Positions 48,627 through 58,655 of a DNA stretch of 64,000 nucleotides are shown piece after piece; within the stretch, counting starts at the first letter, position 1; each line of letters opens with the position of its first letter. The position numbers and the translations under genes are program-made. The DNA is from Candidatus Poribacteria bacterium (GTDB taxonomy: Bacteria > Poribacteria > WGA-4E > PCPOR2b). Under the pieces are notes generated by a model. The model saw only the letters and a program-made list of their open reading frames with translations. It searched no databases and was not told the DNA's origin. Location of the stretch: contig OZ244587.1 in assembly GCA_965218095.1 (NCBI GenBank), forward strand, positions 5,312,001-5,376,000, read 5' to 3'.

Positions 48627-49808
48627 ATGAATCCCGTACTTTCAAGCCTACTGATTGAAAGAATCCGCCAGAGCGTTGACCAGCAGCGTTTAGTGGATAC
48701 CGCCATAGCCCTAATCGAAATTCCCAGTCCGACCTGCAGCGCCGGCGCCGCAGCCGACTGCCTCGCTTCCATTCTGGAAAGCGACGGTTTTGATGTAGAA
48801 AGACCCGTTGCGGACTGGCCCGATGCGCCCGCGGTGGTGGTTCGCTTTCATACGGAAAAACCGGGCCGCATCCTGCAGTTTGATGGACATCTGGATACGG
48901 TGCATCTGCCTTTTGTCCCGCCCCGGCACGAAAACAGTTGCCTCTACGGGTCCGGCGCCGCTGATATGAAAGGGGGCATTGCAGCGTTTGTAGAAGCCCT
49001 GCGGGTACTGCGGGATACGCAAAGCCTGAACGCCGGCGGCATCCTGCTTACGGCGCATGACCATCACGAGGGTCCCTGGGGCGATCGCCGGCAGCTTCAT
49101 GCCCTTATCAAGGCGGGCTACACAGGCGATGCAGTTCTCCTCCCCGAATACCTAGCTGACCGCTTGCCCGTGGCTGGTCGTGGCATGGGGATTTTTGAGA
49201 TCAAGATCAGTCGTGACGGTGAGCCCATCCACGAGACCTTGTGTCCGCCTGACCAGCCCGATGTGTTGGGGGCCGGTGCTGAATTGGTTGTGCGGTTCCG
49301 GGACCTAAACGCGCATCTCAAGAAGAATTCGCTGCCCCACGCAGGGGTTGATTCCATCTTCATCGGCCTGATTAACGCCGGGGAGATTTTCAACCAGTCT
49401 CCAACGGAATGCAACCTAAAGGGTACCCGCCGCTGGGTCACGCCCGGGAGCGTCGAAATGGTTCAGGCTGAATTCAACCGAATCCTGGAGGAACTTGCTC
49501 AGACTAGTCGCACCCGTATCGAGGCAAATTTCGAGGTTCAGGGAGATGCGTTCCGCATTGAGCCCACCGATCCGGTTATCATTGCCTTCCAAGCTGCTTA
49601 TCAAGCAGTCACCGGCGCCTCCCTCCCTATGGGCGGCAAACCCTTTGTGGACGACGGCAATACCCTCTCCCGTATGGCTGGCATCCTTCCCCTCACCCAC
49701 GGTCCCGCCGCCACCGGCGCCCATACATTGCAGGAATGTGTTCCGGTTCAGGAACTGGTACGGGTGGCTCAAGTTTACGCATTAACAGCAATAGGGTACT
49801 GCTCTTAG
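48627..49808 (+). CDS. M20 family metallopeptidase (ArgE/DapE-like)
   Basis: GHLDTV, GSGAADMKGG, AHTLQE. Confidence 0.88.
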   Translation: MNPVLSSLLIERIRQSVDQQRLVDTAIALIEIPSPTCSAGAAADCLASILESDGFDVERPVADWPDAPAVVVRFHTEKPGRILQFDGHLDTVHLPFVPPRHENSCLYGSGAADMKGGIAAFVEALRVLRDTQSLNAGGILLTAHDHHEGPWGDRRQLHALIKAGYTGDAVLLPEYLADRLPVAGRGMGIFEIKISRDGEPIHETLCPPDQPDVLGAGAELVVRFRDLNAHLKKNSLPHAGVDSIFIGLINAGEIFNQSPTECNLKGTRRWVTPGSVEMVQAEFNRILEELAQTSRTRIEANFEVQGDAFRIEPTDPVIIAFQAAYQAVTGASLPMGGKPFVDDGNTLSRMAGILPLTHGPAATGAHTLQECVPVQELVRVAQVYALTAIGYCS

Positions 49809-49878
49809 TCGTTCGCCTGAAAATCCACCAGCGATATAAGACGGACAAATTTGTAGCTTGAATGCAAGGAGAACCAAA

Positions 49879-51222
49879 ATGAAGCTTAATGAACGTCAGG
49901 AAAAGCTGCTCAAGCGCACCTTTCTGGACTACCAGCCGACCGCAGAATTTGTCAAAAATCCGCTCATCCTGCACAAGGCGGAAGGACTCTACTATTGGGA
50001 TGTAGAGGGGAAGCGTTATTTTGACGGAATCGGCGGGATATTTGTCGCCACGCTCGGACACGGACATCCACGGGTTATGAGGGCGATGCGAAAGCAGATG
50101 GAAACATTGAGCTTCGCCCCGCCCATGCACGGGACTGCGGATGTCACGCTGGATTTCATCGAGCGGCTGGGCGAGGTCACCCCTGGAAATCTGAACTACA
50201 TTAAAACCTACAGCGGTGGGTCGGAGTCCATTGAATCCGCCATAAAATTCACACGGCAATACTTCAAGCAGAGCGGGCATCCGGGGAAGTACAAGTTCAT
50301 CAGCAGGTACTTTGGGTATCATGGAGCGACCTTCGGCGCCATGGCGGCCAGCGGCACCGGCAAGCGCAAAACCCGGTTTGAGCCTCAGATGAGCGGCTTT
50401 CTCAAGGTCTTTCCGCCGACCTACTATCGCGATCGTTTCTCCTCTTGGGAGGAGTGCAACCGGTTCTGTGCGCAGATGTTTGAGGACGTAATCATCAACG
50501 AAGATCCGGACACCGTCGCCGGCGTCATTATCGAGCCCATCGGCAATACCGGGGGCATCATCACGCCGACTGAGGCTTATTTTCAGATCATCCGTGAGAT
50601 TTGCGACTGCTACAATGTTATCCTGATCTATGACGAGATCATCACCGGATTTGCTCGGACCGGGTCCATGTTCGCGGCCCAGACTTTCGGGGTGACGCCG
50701 GATATTATTTGTTGCGGCAAGGGGCTTTCGAGCGGCGCCATTCCTCTGGCGGCCATGATAGCAAGGGAGGATATGGGGGAGCTCTTCTACGGCCCGGCAG
50801 CAGATGAAGTGAATTTTGCACACGGGCATACATTTGCGGGTAATCCACTAGCCTGTGCGGTGGGCATCGCCGTTATTGATGAAATCGTTGAAAAGGAACT
50901 GGACTGCAAAGCCCGTGAACTTGGGGATTACCTGGCTGCAAAGCTGGAGGGATTGAAGAAGTACGGTGTTGTCCGAGAAGTCCGCGGCAGGGGGATGTTG
51001 CGCGGCATAGAGTTGGTCAAAGATGCCCAAAACAACGAACCTTATCCTGAGTTGGGGCAAGCCTTGAAGCGGACTGCGCTCAACAATGGGTTGATTATCC
51101 GAATCGACCCGACTTGGTTTGCGGTTGCGCCGGCGCTGATTGCGGAGAAGTCAGATATAGATGAACTGTGCGACCTGATTGAAGACAGCTTGGTGGACGC
51201 CCTGGAACAAGTAAAGCCTTGA
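49879..51222 (+). CDS. Class III PLP aminotransferase
   Basis: GSESIESA, YHG, DEIITGFARTG, KGLSSG, HGHTFAGNP. Confidence 0.93.
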   Translation: MKLNERQEKLLKRTFLDYQPTAEFVKNPLILHKAEGLYYWDVEGKRYFDGIGGIFVATLGHGHPRVMRAMRKQMETLSFAPPMHGTADVTLDFIERLGEVTPGNLNYIKTYSGGSESIESAIKFTRQYFKQSGHPGKYKFISRYFGYHGATFGAMAASGTGKRKTRFEPQMSGFLKVFPPTYYRDRFSSWEECNRFCAQMFEDVIINEDPDTVAGVIIEPIGNTGGIITPTEAYFQIIREICDCYNVILIYDEIITGFARTGSMFAAQTFGVTPDIICCGKGLSSGAIPLAAMIAREDMGELFYGPAADEVNFAHGHTFAGNPLACAVGIAVIDEIVEKELDCKARELGDYLAAKLEGLKKYGVVREVRGRGMLRGIELVKDAQNNEPYPELGQALKRTALNNGLIIRIDPTWFAVAPALIAEKSDIDELCDLIEDSLVDALEQVKP

Positions 51223-51362
51223 CCCATTCTTAATTTGGACAATCAAACCACCCCACGGTTCCAAACCTTTGCAAGGTTGAGTCAGTCGCCTTTTCATGAG
51301 ATTCATCAGTAGAGTTGTTCCTAAATCTGGCAAAGCGGTGTACTAAGCGAAAGGAATTTCCC

Positions 51363-52160
51363 ATGAACCGAGATTCTGAACTCAAGCAGGAGTTTTTTCA
51401 CGCACTCTCTCAATTCGTCTTATTGCTGGATAATCATGTTAGCACAGGTGATGGCCAATGGAGTATCAAAGGATTCATTGATGTATGTCGGAATATTTAC
51501 ACTATTTCTTCCGATACGAAGGTAATATCGAAGATTCTTGAGATACATCTCTTTCCACGTATTCTCAACTTTGCACAAAAAGCTAGATACCGACTTGTTC
51601 TGGCTGAACATCAGAATTATTATCCCGACATTTCTTTTGTGCATGCTGATGACGAGAGTATAAAATTCGCAGTTGATTTCAAGACCACATACCGCTTAGG
51701 AGATAACCCAGAATTTTTAATGGATTCACCTTGAGGTTCCCACGGGGAATACTTTGTAAATAGAGATAGTTCAAAGAATATTCAATTCCCTTATAGTCAA
51801 TATAGTGGACATTTCTGCCTGGGCATCATCTACAGCAGACATGCGAAAGAAAATTAGATGAAACTCGCACCTACAGGCTTGAGGAACTTCATTCGATTGC
51901 CTCAGTCATAAGGAACTTTCAATTCTTCGTAGCAGAGAAGTGGAAAATCGCGAGCGATAAAAGCGGTAGTGGGAATACCGCAAATATTGGAAGCATCAAC
52001 AAGATTTCTGATATACTTTCAGGCCGGGGCATGTTCTCACGCTTGGGTGAGAAATGGTTCGACGATTACTGGATGAATTATGGTAAGATTACGGTCACTG
52101 ATAGTAAGGGCAAGGCAAAAAAGATTACGAATTTGAGTGATTTTGTCACATATAGGGGTG
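51363..52160 (+). pseudogene. EcoRV-family type II restriction endonuclease, frameshifted
   Basis: [46 protein letters not shown]; frame breaks at ~51720-51735 and ~51850. Confidence 0.85.
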
Positions 52161-52558
52161 GAATTTCTGAGGGTGATTTTGTATATTGCGATCCGCCTTA
52201 CGTCGGGAGACACGTTGATTACTTCGATAGCTGGAACGAAGAGAGTGAACGACAACTGTTCACAATTCTGAGTCAGTGTCCTTGCAGGTTTATTTTGTCA
52301 ACTTGGCATAGTAACCGGCACCGAGAAAATGCCTTTCTTCGCACGCTGTGGTCAAGATTTAACATCTTGACTAAGGAACACTTCTACCACGTTGGCGCAA
52401 AGGAAGCCAATAGAAAGCCCATACTTGAGGCATTGGTGATGAATTTTGCTCCCAAACACTTACATGAAGAACCAATTGAACGACCTGAACAGTTGATGCT
52501 TCTCGAAAAGGTAGCTGAATATCAGACTCTAACTGACCTGCCTAGCAGAGATGGTTAG
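52161..52558 (+). pseudogene. C-terminal fragment of a Dam-like methyltransferase fused to the REase tail
   Basis: [10 protein letters not shown]...LS; motif I and N-terminus absent. Confidence 0.8.
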
Positions 52559-52650
52559 ATTAGAGAACATCCCGCCATTAACCAAAGGAGGTCGTCAAAA
52601 CTGTGTCACCGCAGCCACCAGTCCTTAATTTACTTACATCGTTTAGGGAA

Positions 52651-52679
52651 TTGACGCATTTTGGGATTCGTGATATAGT
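52651..52679 (+). promoter_or_regulatory. sigma70-type promoter
   Basis: TTGACG-N17-TATAGT with extended -10 TG, upstream of PhyH. Confidence 0.6.
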
Positions 52680-52712
52680 TATCCTATGAACAACCTTTAA
52701 GGAGAGAACCAC

Positions 52713-53717
52713 ATGCAACCTTTTCTCGATTCAACAGATGTTGTGAATAACGAATTTGAACTGCAGAAGCGTGCACAGCGAGATGGATACCTGTTCATCC
52801 GTGGGTTATTGCCCGCTGATGTGCTGGAAAGTCTGCGGATGCAGTGTCTTGAGATTGCGCGTAAGGCGGGTTGGGTCAAGACTGACACGCCGCTGCAAGA
52901 CGCCATCGCAGACCTGAACGGGTTTTGCGTCGAGCCAGAATCGTACATGCAGGTATATAACCACATGTACAAACTTCAGGAGTTTCACGCGCTGCAGCAT
53001 CATCCGAACCTCATTGGGTTGATTGAGGGGATACTGGGTGAACCTGTGATGCCACACGCACGAATCATCGGGCGGACAATCTTCCCACAACGCGAAGTGT
53101 TCACCACTCCGCCGCACCAGGACTTCATCCCCATCCAGGGTACGGCTGAGACCTACACCGCATGGATACCACTGAGCAACCTCCCACCGGAATTAGGCGG
53201 ACTTCAGATTGCGTCCGGCTCGCATCGGCACGGCGTCTACGAATTTCGTCCCGCGATGGGCGCCGGTGGTATGGAAGTCATTGACCCACTCGAAGGTACC
53301 TGGGTGAACAATCCGCTCAAGCGGGGAGACGCCCTTATCTTTCACAGTATGACTGTGCACAAGGGTGTGTCCAACACCAGCAACCGGCTGCGCATGTCGA
53401 TCGACGCCCGGTACCAGAAAATCAGCGATCCGATTGCGCCGGGCAGCCTTCTGCCGCATGGCCAACTGAGCACATGGGAAGAGATTTACGCCGATTGGCC
53501 GTCCACCGATTTGCAGTACTACTGGCGTAAATGGGATATGCAGATCAAGGAATACGACAACAGCTTTCACGAAAAACGAGACCGTCTGGCGTTTGAGATG
53601 GCTGAGAATGGTGACAACCGCGCGATTTCCGTGCTTCAGCGGATTATCGCCCGCGATGCGGATCCGGACAAGCGCAAGAAGGCGGTAGATCTGCTCACCA
53701 CGCTTGAGGCATCGTAA
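52713..53717 (+). CDS. PhyH family dioxygenase
   Basis: TPPHQD, WIPL, GGL..GSH, FHSMTVH, RMSIDARY. Confidence 0.92.
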   Translation: MQPFLDSTDVVNNEFELQKRAQRDGYLFIRGLLPADVLESLRMQCLEIARKAGWVKTDTPLQDAIADLNGFCVEPESYMQVYNHMYKLQEFHALQHHPNLIGLIEGILGEPVMPHARIIGRTIFPQREVFTTPPHQDFIPIQGTAETYTAWIPLSNLPPELGGLQIASGSHRHGVYEFRPAMGAGGMEVIDPLEGTWVNNPLKRGDALIFHSMTVHKGVSNTSNRLRMSIDARYQKISDPIAPGSLLPHGQLSTWEEIYADWPSTDLQYYWRKWDMQIKEYDNSFHEKRDRLAFEMAENGDNRAISVLQRIIARDADPDKRKKAVDLLTTLEAS

Positions 53718-53719
53718 AA

Positions 53720-53958
53720 TCCGTCACGATACGAGTTTGTCATTTGCGCACAAAATGGTTCGGGACGAAACGCAGGCCGCAGAAGTTCGTGAAAAGATTA
53801 TGAAGAAATATGGCCTAAAGACGATACCGCCTTTCCGCTGCGATTTCCGTGATCCTTGGGGTAATCGCATTCAGGTTGTTGACATGCACGACGGATCGAC
53901 AGCGTGGCTTCAGTCCTACGAGGAGGTTCAAAAGGTTGGAGCAAAGCTACCGGATTAG
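53720..53958 (+). pseudogene. C-terminal remnant of a VOC-family gene
   Basis: DFRDPWGNRIQVVD with no N-terminal half. Confidence 0.55.
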
Positions 53959-53988
53959 TGATTTATTTTTTACGGACGTAGGATTGGT

Positions 53989-54021
53989 AGACCTAACAGG
54001 TTTTAGAAACCTGTTAGGTCT
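53989..54021. repeat. Palindromic REP-like element
   Basis: AGACCTAACAGGTTT-TAG-AAACCTGTTAGGTCT. Confidence 0.7.
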
Positions 54022-54067
54022 GGCCCTCCGGTCAACAGAGTATGGCGTAAATAGGAGATAATAACCG

Positions 54068-54997
54068 ATGACCGACTACCGTTTCAAAATTGGGATGGAC
54101 CTTCAAATGACAGGCTTGCCTTTCGACGAGGCGCTTGCCCTTGCGGAGGAGCTCGGTGCGGCGTACGGATGGTTCGGCGACCTGCACTGGGCGATCGATG
54201 GCGGGATAACCGATGCCGCCATTGATGGGATAGGCAAGCGTGTTGCCCAGCATGGGGTCAAGCTGTTCATGATCGGCGCTGGAGGTGCTTTTAGCAAACT
54301 TCACCTAGCAGATCTGGAACTGGAAAGGCTACAAGATCATCCGGAGTTTCGCACGGACTTCAACCACCTCATTGAAACCATGCTTGCTGCCAACCAACTC
54401 GGTGTGGATTCGGTGTTGGCTTATACCTTCGCCTGGCCCGGCGAATACTCTGCCGGCAAGCCCACCTGGCCGATGCGGTGGCTCACGCGAGGCGGCGTCA
54501 TCGCCGATGTTGACATGGAGAAGCTGGCCAAGGTGTTCTCCCTCGTGGTGGAGCAGGCTGAGAAGTACGACATTGATGTTGTACTTGGCAATCTGCCCTG
54601 GCACTACACCAACACCACCAGTCACTGTCGCGCTTTGGTTGAGCGAGTCGGCTCCAAGCGAATCAAGATTATGTGGCACCCGTCCGACAACCTGACCTCC
54701 GGCGAGTTAGATTCGGCGACAGCGGGCTTCATTAACGTGCGCCCCTACCTCCATTCGCTTCATGTGAAAGATCTGCGTGTCCTCGACGGCCCGAAGTGCA
54801 ATTTCGAGTACTGTCCCCTGGGCGAAGGTGACGTCGACTACCTGACTGTGCTGCGAAATCTCCACGACCACCACTGTGATGTGGTTTTTGCAGTCGCCAC
54901 GCACTTCCTACCACCTGGCGGTTCTGGGGCAGACGCGATGCGAATCAATTTTGCCAATCTCAAGCCCCTCATCAAACAGGTGGAGGCAGGTGGGTAA
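54068..54997 (+). CDS. Sugar phosphate isomerase/epimerase TIM barrel, paralogue of 32090-33025
   Basis: Shared TFAWPGEYxAGKPTWPMRWLTRGG, LHVKD, PLGEGDVDY. Confidence 0.85.
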   Translation: MTDYRFKIGMDLQMTGLPFDEALALAEELGAAYGWFGDLHWAIDGGITDAAIDGIGKRVAQHGVKLFMIGAGGAFSKLHLADLELERLQDHPEFRTDFNHLIETMLAANQLGVDSVLAYTFAWPGEYSAGKPTWPMRWLTRGGVIADVDMEKLAKVFSLVVEQAEKYDIDVVLGNLPWHYTNTTSHCRALVERVGSKRIKIMWHPSDNLTSGELDSATAGFINVRPYLHSLHVKDLRVLDGPKCNFEYCPLGEGDVDYLTVLRNLHDHHCDVVFAVATHFLPPGGSGADAMRINFANLKPLIKQVEAGG

Positions 54998-55098
54998 TCC
55001 TGAAATCAACATTATTGTCATCCTGAGCTCCGATTTGTGATTGGGATAAACTGCGGGAAGGATCTCCTTTGCCAAAGACTCTTCGGTTTGCTCAGATG

Positions 55099-55151
55099 CC
55101 CCGATGGATCGGGATTTCGCTTCGCTCAACTTGCATCCCGATCCATCGGGG
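55099..55151. repeat. 17-bp perfect inverted repeat built from two CCCGATxxATCGGG mini-palindromes
   Basis: CCCCGATGGATCGGGAT...ATCCCGATCCATCGGGG. Confidence 0.75.
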
Positions 55152-55201
55152 GTGACATTTTAACGCACGATTTGTGCAAAATTTCCGTTAAGGAGGATAC
55201 G

Positions 55202-56251
55202 ATGGCAAAACAACTGAACATCGCGATCATCGGCTGCGGTGGGATTAGTAACTCCCACATGCCTAACATCCTGAAGACACCGGAGATGCATCTCGTTGCA
55301 ACGATGGATGTCATCGAAGAAGCTGTACGCAGTGATGGACGGCGGATTGGTGCGCGCGTGCGTGCCGAGGAGGGCGCCGCTGAATACTACACAACCAACC
55401 TGGACCGCGTACTCTCGGACCCCAACATCGATGCGGTGCTGATCTGTTCAACTCACGACACCCACGCTGATATAGCGGTCAAAGCCTGTGCCGCAGGCAA
55501 ACATGTCTTCTCAGAGAAGCCGCTGGCAATGACACTTGATGAGGCGAGGCGTGTCCAAAAGGCCGTCCATGAGTCAGGCGTGCAGCTTATGAGCGGGTGG
55601 TGGTTCAAGCACTCGCCGGTAACCAGGCGGTTACGCGAGGTCATCCGTCAGCCATACTATATCCTCTTCACCTGTCGTGTTTCGTATGAAAAACCCAACG
55701 ACCCCGAGGGCCCATACGGCCGTAGCGGTATTCTTGACAACTCGGGATACAACCTCTACTGGATCTGGTACGTCATGCGCTCGCAGCCGGTGGAGGTGTT
55801 TGCCATGGGCCACGACGGGCAACCCACAAACACCAGCACAATCGTTATTCGCTTCGCCAACGGTGGGACTGGGACTTCTGTTTTCAGCACCGTCGGCAGT
55901 GGCGGCATTCTCCCCAAGCATTATGCCGAAGTCCTGGCTGGCCCGGTGAGCGCGGCCACGGTTCGCTTCGGAAACCTTGTGTTCCAAGGAACTGACGAAC
56001 CCGGCATCGAGAAGAACGAATATCACAACGGCTTCGACGAGGAAATGGGTATGTTCGCCCGACTGTGCTTGGAAGGTAGCCCCAATCCAATGGACGCTTG
56101 GGAAGCCTCGGTGCCGACGTTGATCTTCGAGAAGGCGCTTGAATCAATGCGCACGCATCAGCCTGTGCCCGTCAACATCCAGGACGAATTCTATCTCCCT
56201 GATGGCAAGTTGCCAGCCAGCATTGAGAGCTTTGGTGATGTGAAGAAATAG
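55202..56251 (+). CDS. Gfo/Idh/MocA oxidoreductase
   Basis: IGCGGI, GKHVFSEKP; AGGAGG RBS. Confidence 0.9.
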   Translation: MAKQLNIAIIGCGGISNSHMPNILKTPEMHLVATMDVIEEAVRSDGRRIGARVRAEEGAAEYYTTNLDRVLSDPNIDAVLICSTHDTHADIAVKACAAGKHVFSEKPLAMTLDEARRVQKAVHESGVQLMSGWWFKHSPVTRRLREVIRQPYYILFTCRVSYEKPNDPEGPYGRSGILDNSGYNLYWIWYVMRSQPVEVFAMGHDGQPTNTSTIVIRFANGGTGTSVFSTVGSGGILPKHYAEVLAGPVSAATVRFGNLVFQGTDEPGIEKNEYHNGFDEEMGMFARLCLEGSPNPMDAWEASVPTLIFEKALESMRTHQPVPVNIQDEFYLPDGKLPASIESFGDVKK

Positions 56252-56421
56252 GGGACATTTCGTAAATCCGCATCCAGTACACTGTCACACTTAAACTGAC
56301 AGATTCGTTTTCAGAGCCTGACAAGCGCATCCTTGAGAAGCAGCATCAACCAAACGTGATATGTATTGCGTGTTGGGCGCTTGTGGAGTGCAAAATTCGA
56401 TGAGCTCGATCCATTGATGCC

Positions 56422-57316
56422 CTAATCCGTTTCTTGCGATGGAATTAATCCTTCAAGTTCCGCTTGCGTGAACCCCGTCACTTGTATAATTGTTTGCATC
56501 GGCACTTGCTGTTGAATGAGTTTTCTGGCAACTTCGATTCCGCTGCTTGCTTGCCTTCTTCTATCCCTTCTGCCCGACCTGCTGCTATCCCCTTTTCCAT
56601 GCCTTCTTGCTCTGCGGCTTGCCTTTCCGCATAAGCAATTCGCACCCGGTCCAGGCTTCTCTCATAATGATACTGTTCCGCCTCCGACATCGCCGCTATT
56701 TCGGCAATTTCAAATGCTGCCCGAAATGGTTCATCAGATAGTTCTTCAGGAATACGGCGGAGATCCGGCAGATGCTTCAGGAAATAGATTATTTATCCCG
56801 ACGGGTCTCCAATTGGCTCAATTCAAGATGAAATTTGCTTAACTCAAGAGTGACAAATGTCAGTTTATCATAATAGATGTCGCCCGTGAGGATGTCGCTC
56901 AATTTGGCGAAATGAATAAACTGATCATTGGCAATCAGATCAAAATCCAGAACACCAAGACAGTAAATCGGCTGTAGCTCATAATTTCATTCTCCTTTCT
57001 GCGCTTGTTGAGCGATTGGAAATGAACTGTAATACACCAACCGATCTTTTAAAAAGCTTTGGCTTCTTTTCTGCATTTCGATGACAAACCGCTGTCCACG
57101 CTCGTCGACACAATGGAGATCGTAAATGCCGATCCGCTCATCAGGCCGACCGGGCATCTGTTCAAAGGGTAAAAAGGAGATTTTCGCAATTTGGGCTTCC
57201 AATTCCAGCAGATTAAACAGAAAGCTCTTCAAGACGATCTTGCTCTCCTCACTGGCGAATAGTTTCTTAAAACCGTAATCGGTTGTGGGGGCCATGTACC
57301 TTGAGTGGTAAAGCAT
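56422..57316 (-). pseudogene. Rpn/PD-(D/E)XK_2 nuclease-transposase family pseudogene
   Basis: TDYGFKKLF, YD..C, IEMQ, R..YY; internal stop at 56987 and frameshifts; EGMEKG/EGIEEG tail repeats. Confidence 0.85.
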
Positions 57317-57373
57317 AATAACCTCCTGATGCGTAATGTGTAAATGAATCCTTTACCCATTGCCTCCTGGGAA

Positions 57374-58555
57374 TCACTGTTTATAGGCATCCAGAATTTC
57401 CGCCTTAACCACTTCGACCTCCTCTTCCTCCCGCCCGACAAACACCGCCGCGAAGATTCGATCGTTTTGAAAATATCGAGCGGTAAAGGTGTTCTCGGCG
57501 AGTTCATCCGTGAAGTCAACACGATCCGGTCGCAAGTCAAAATCCCCAACAAACTCAAACTCCAGATCAAAGAGATCGCTGAAAAAGTAGGGCAACTCGC
57601 GGTAAGGCTGGTGTTCACCTGCCATATTTGCGCCGGCGACTTCGCCGTGTCCCTTTGCGGTGTCCCAATGTTCGACGCGGCGACGCTTGTTGAAGATAAC
57701 ATCTTGATACCATGCAATATCTCCGGCGGCGTATACACCGGCGAGGTCGGTTTCCAAATATTCGTCCACGGGGATGCCATTGTCCCCTTCCAGCGGCGTC
57801 CCTTTGACCAGCGTGAGGTCTGGGCGAACACCGATGCCGAGTGCGACCATATCAGCCGTCAATTCCTCTCCAGATTTCAAGACGACTGTCTCCACTTTTC
57901 CACTCCCCCGGAACTCTGCGACTTGTGAACGATTCATCAAGGTGATTCCCTTTGAGCGGTAGTAATCCGCCAGCCATTGAGAGATTTCTGGACTCAGCAT
58001 CTGCTCCCACGGGTGTTCTTCCATGTAAACCAGCGTCACGTCCAACTCACGCTGCTGAAATGCCGACGCGAGTTCGAGTCCAATGAACCCTCCACCGACA
58101 ACAACGACCTGCTCTGCAACTTCGCTCGCTTTGATCAAAGCGTCGGAGTCGGGAATTGCGCGGAGGAAGTAAAGCTCTTCCAGATCTGAGCCAGGGACGT
58201 TGAGTTTGATTAACGCTGCGCCTGTCGCCAGAAGGAGTTTTTCGTAAGCGATAATTTCACCTGTTGAAAGGGTTACGGTTCGATTGTTGAGATCGAGTCC
58301 TCTTGCTTGCACACCGCCGCGGAAGGTGACGTTATTTTCGTCATACCAATCTTCCTCATGATGGTATGTATCCGATGGCTCCCAATCCCCTTCGATGAGA
58401 TAGCCTTTTGAAAGCGGGGGACGGTGATAGGGGAAATAGGCTTCGCTGCTAATGATTGCGACTGAACCCTGCGGGTCGTGTTCACGAATGCTCTCCGCAG
58501 CACATGCCGATGCAAGTCCACCACCGATAAGCAGGTATTGCGTCTTTTCTGCCAT
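57374..58555 (-). CDS. FAD/NAD(P)H ferredoxin-reductase-like oxidoreductase
   Basis: IGGG, YHRPPLSK, LATG, GGGFIGLE, YAAGD, RVEHW. Confidence 0.92.
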   Translation of the reverse strand: MAEKTQYLLIGGGLASACAAESIREHDPQGSVAIISSEAYFPYHRPPLSKGYLIEGDWEPSDTYHHEEDWYDENNVTFRGGVQARGLDLNNRTVTLSTGEIIAYEKLLLATGAALIKLNVPGSDLEELYFLRAIPDSDALIKASEVAEQVVVVGGGFIGLELASAFQQRELDVTLVYMEEHPWEQMLSPEISQWLADYYRSKGITLMNRSQVAEFRGSGKVETVVLKSGEELTADMVALGIGVRPDLTLVKGTPLEGDNGIPVDEYLETDLAGVYAAGDIAWYQDVIFNKRRRVEHWDTAKGHGEVAGANMAGEHQPYRELPYFFSDLFDLEFEFVGDFDLRPDRVDFTDELAENTFTARYFQNDRIFAAVFVGREEEEVEVVKAEILDAYKQ

Positions 58556-58655
58556 TTTGAGACCTCCTTTTTTGTGAAACGGGATGCGTAAAACGGAGAA
58601 ATGAAATTGCGGGAAACGTATTGCCTTCGGTTTCTTTCTCTTTACATTTTACGCT

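Noticed and set aside
49693-50829. 378-aa antisense ORF and similar shadow ORFs across 25-64 kb
   Set aside because: They overlap well-supported genes on the other strand or frame and lack motifs, as expected from codon bias.
56275-56410. Possible IS end or transposase remnant
   Set aside because: No partner inverted repeat or convincing reading frame was found.
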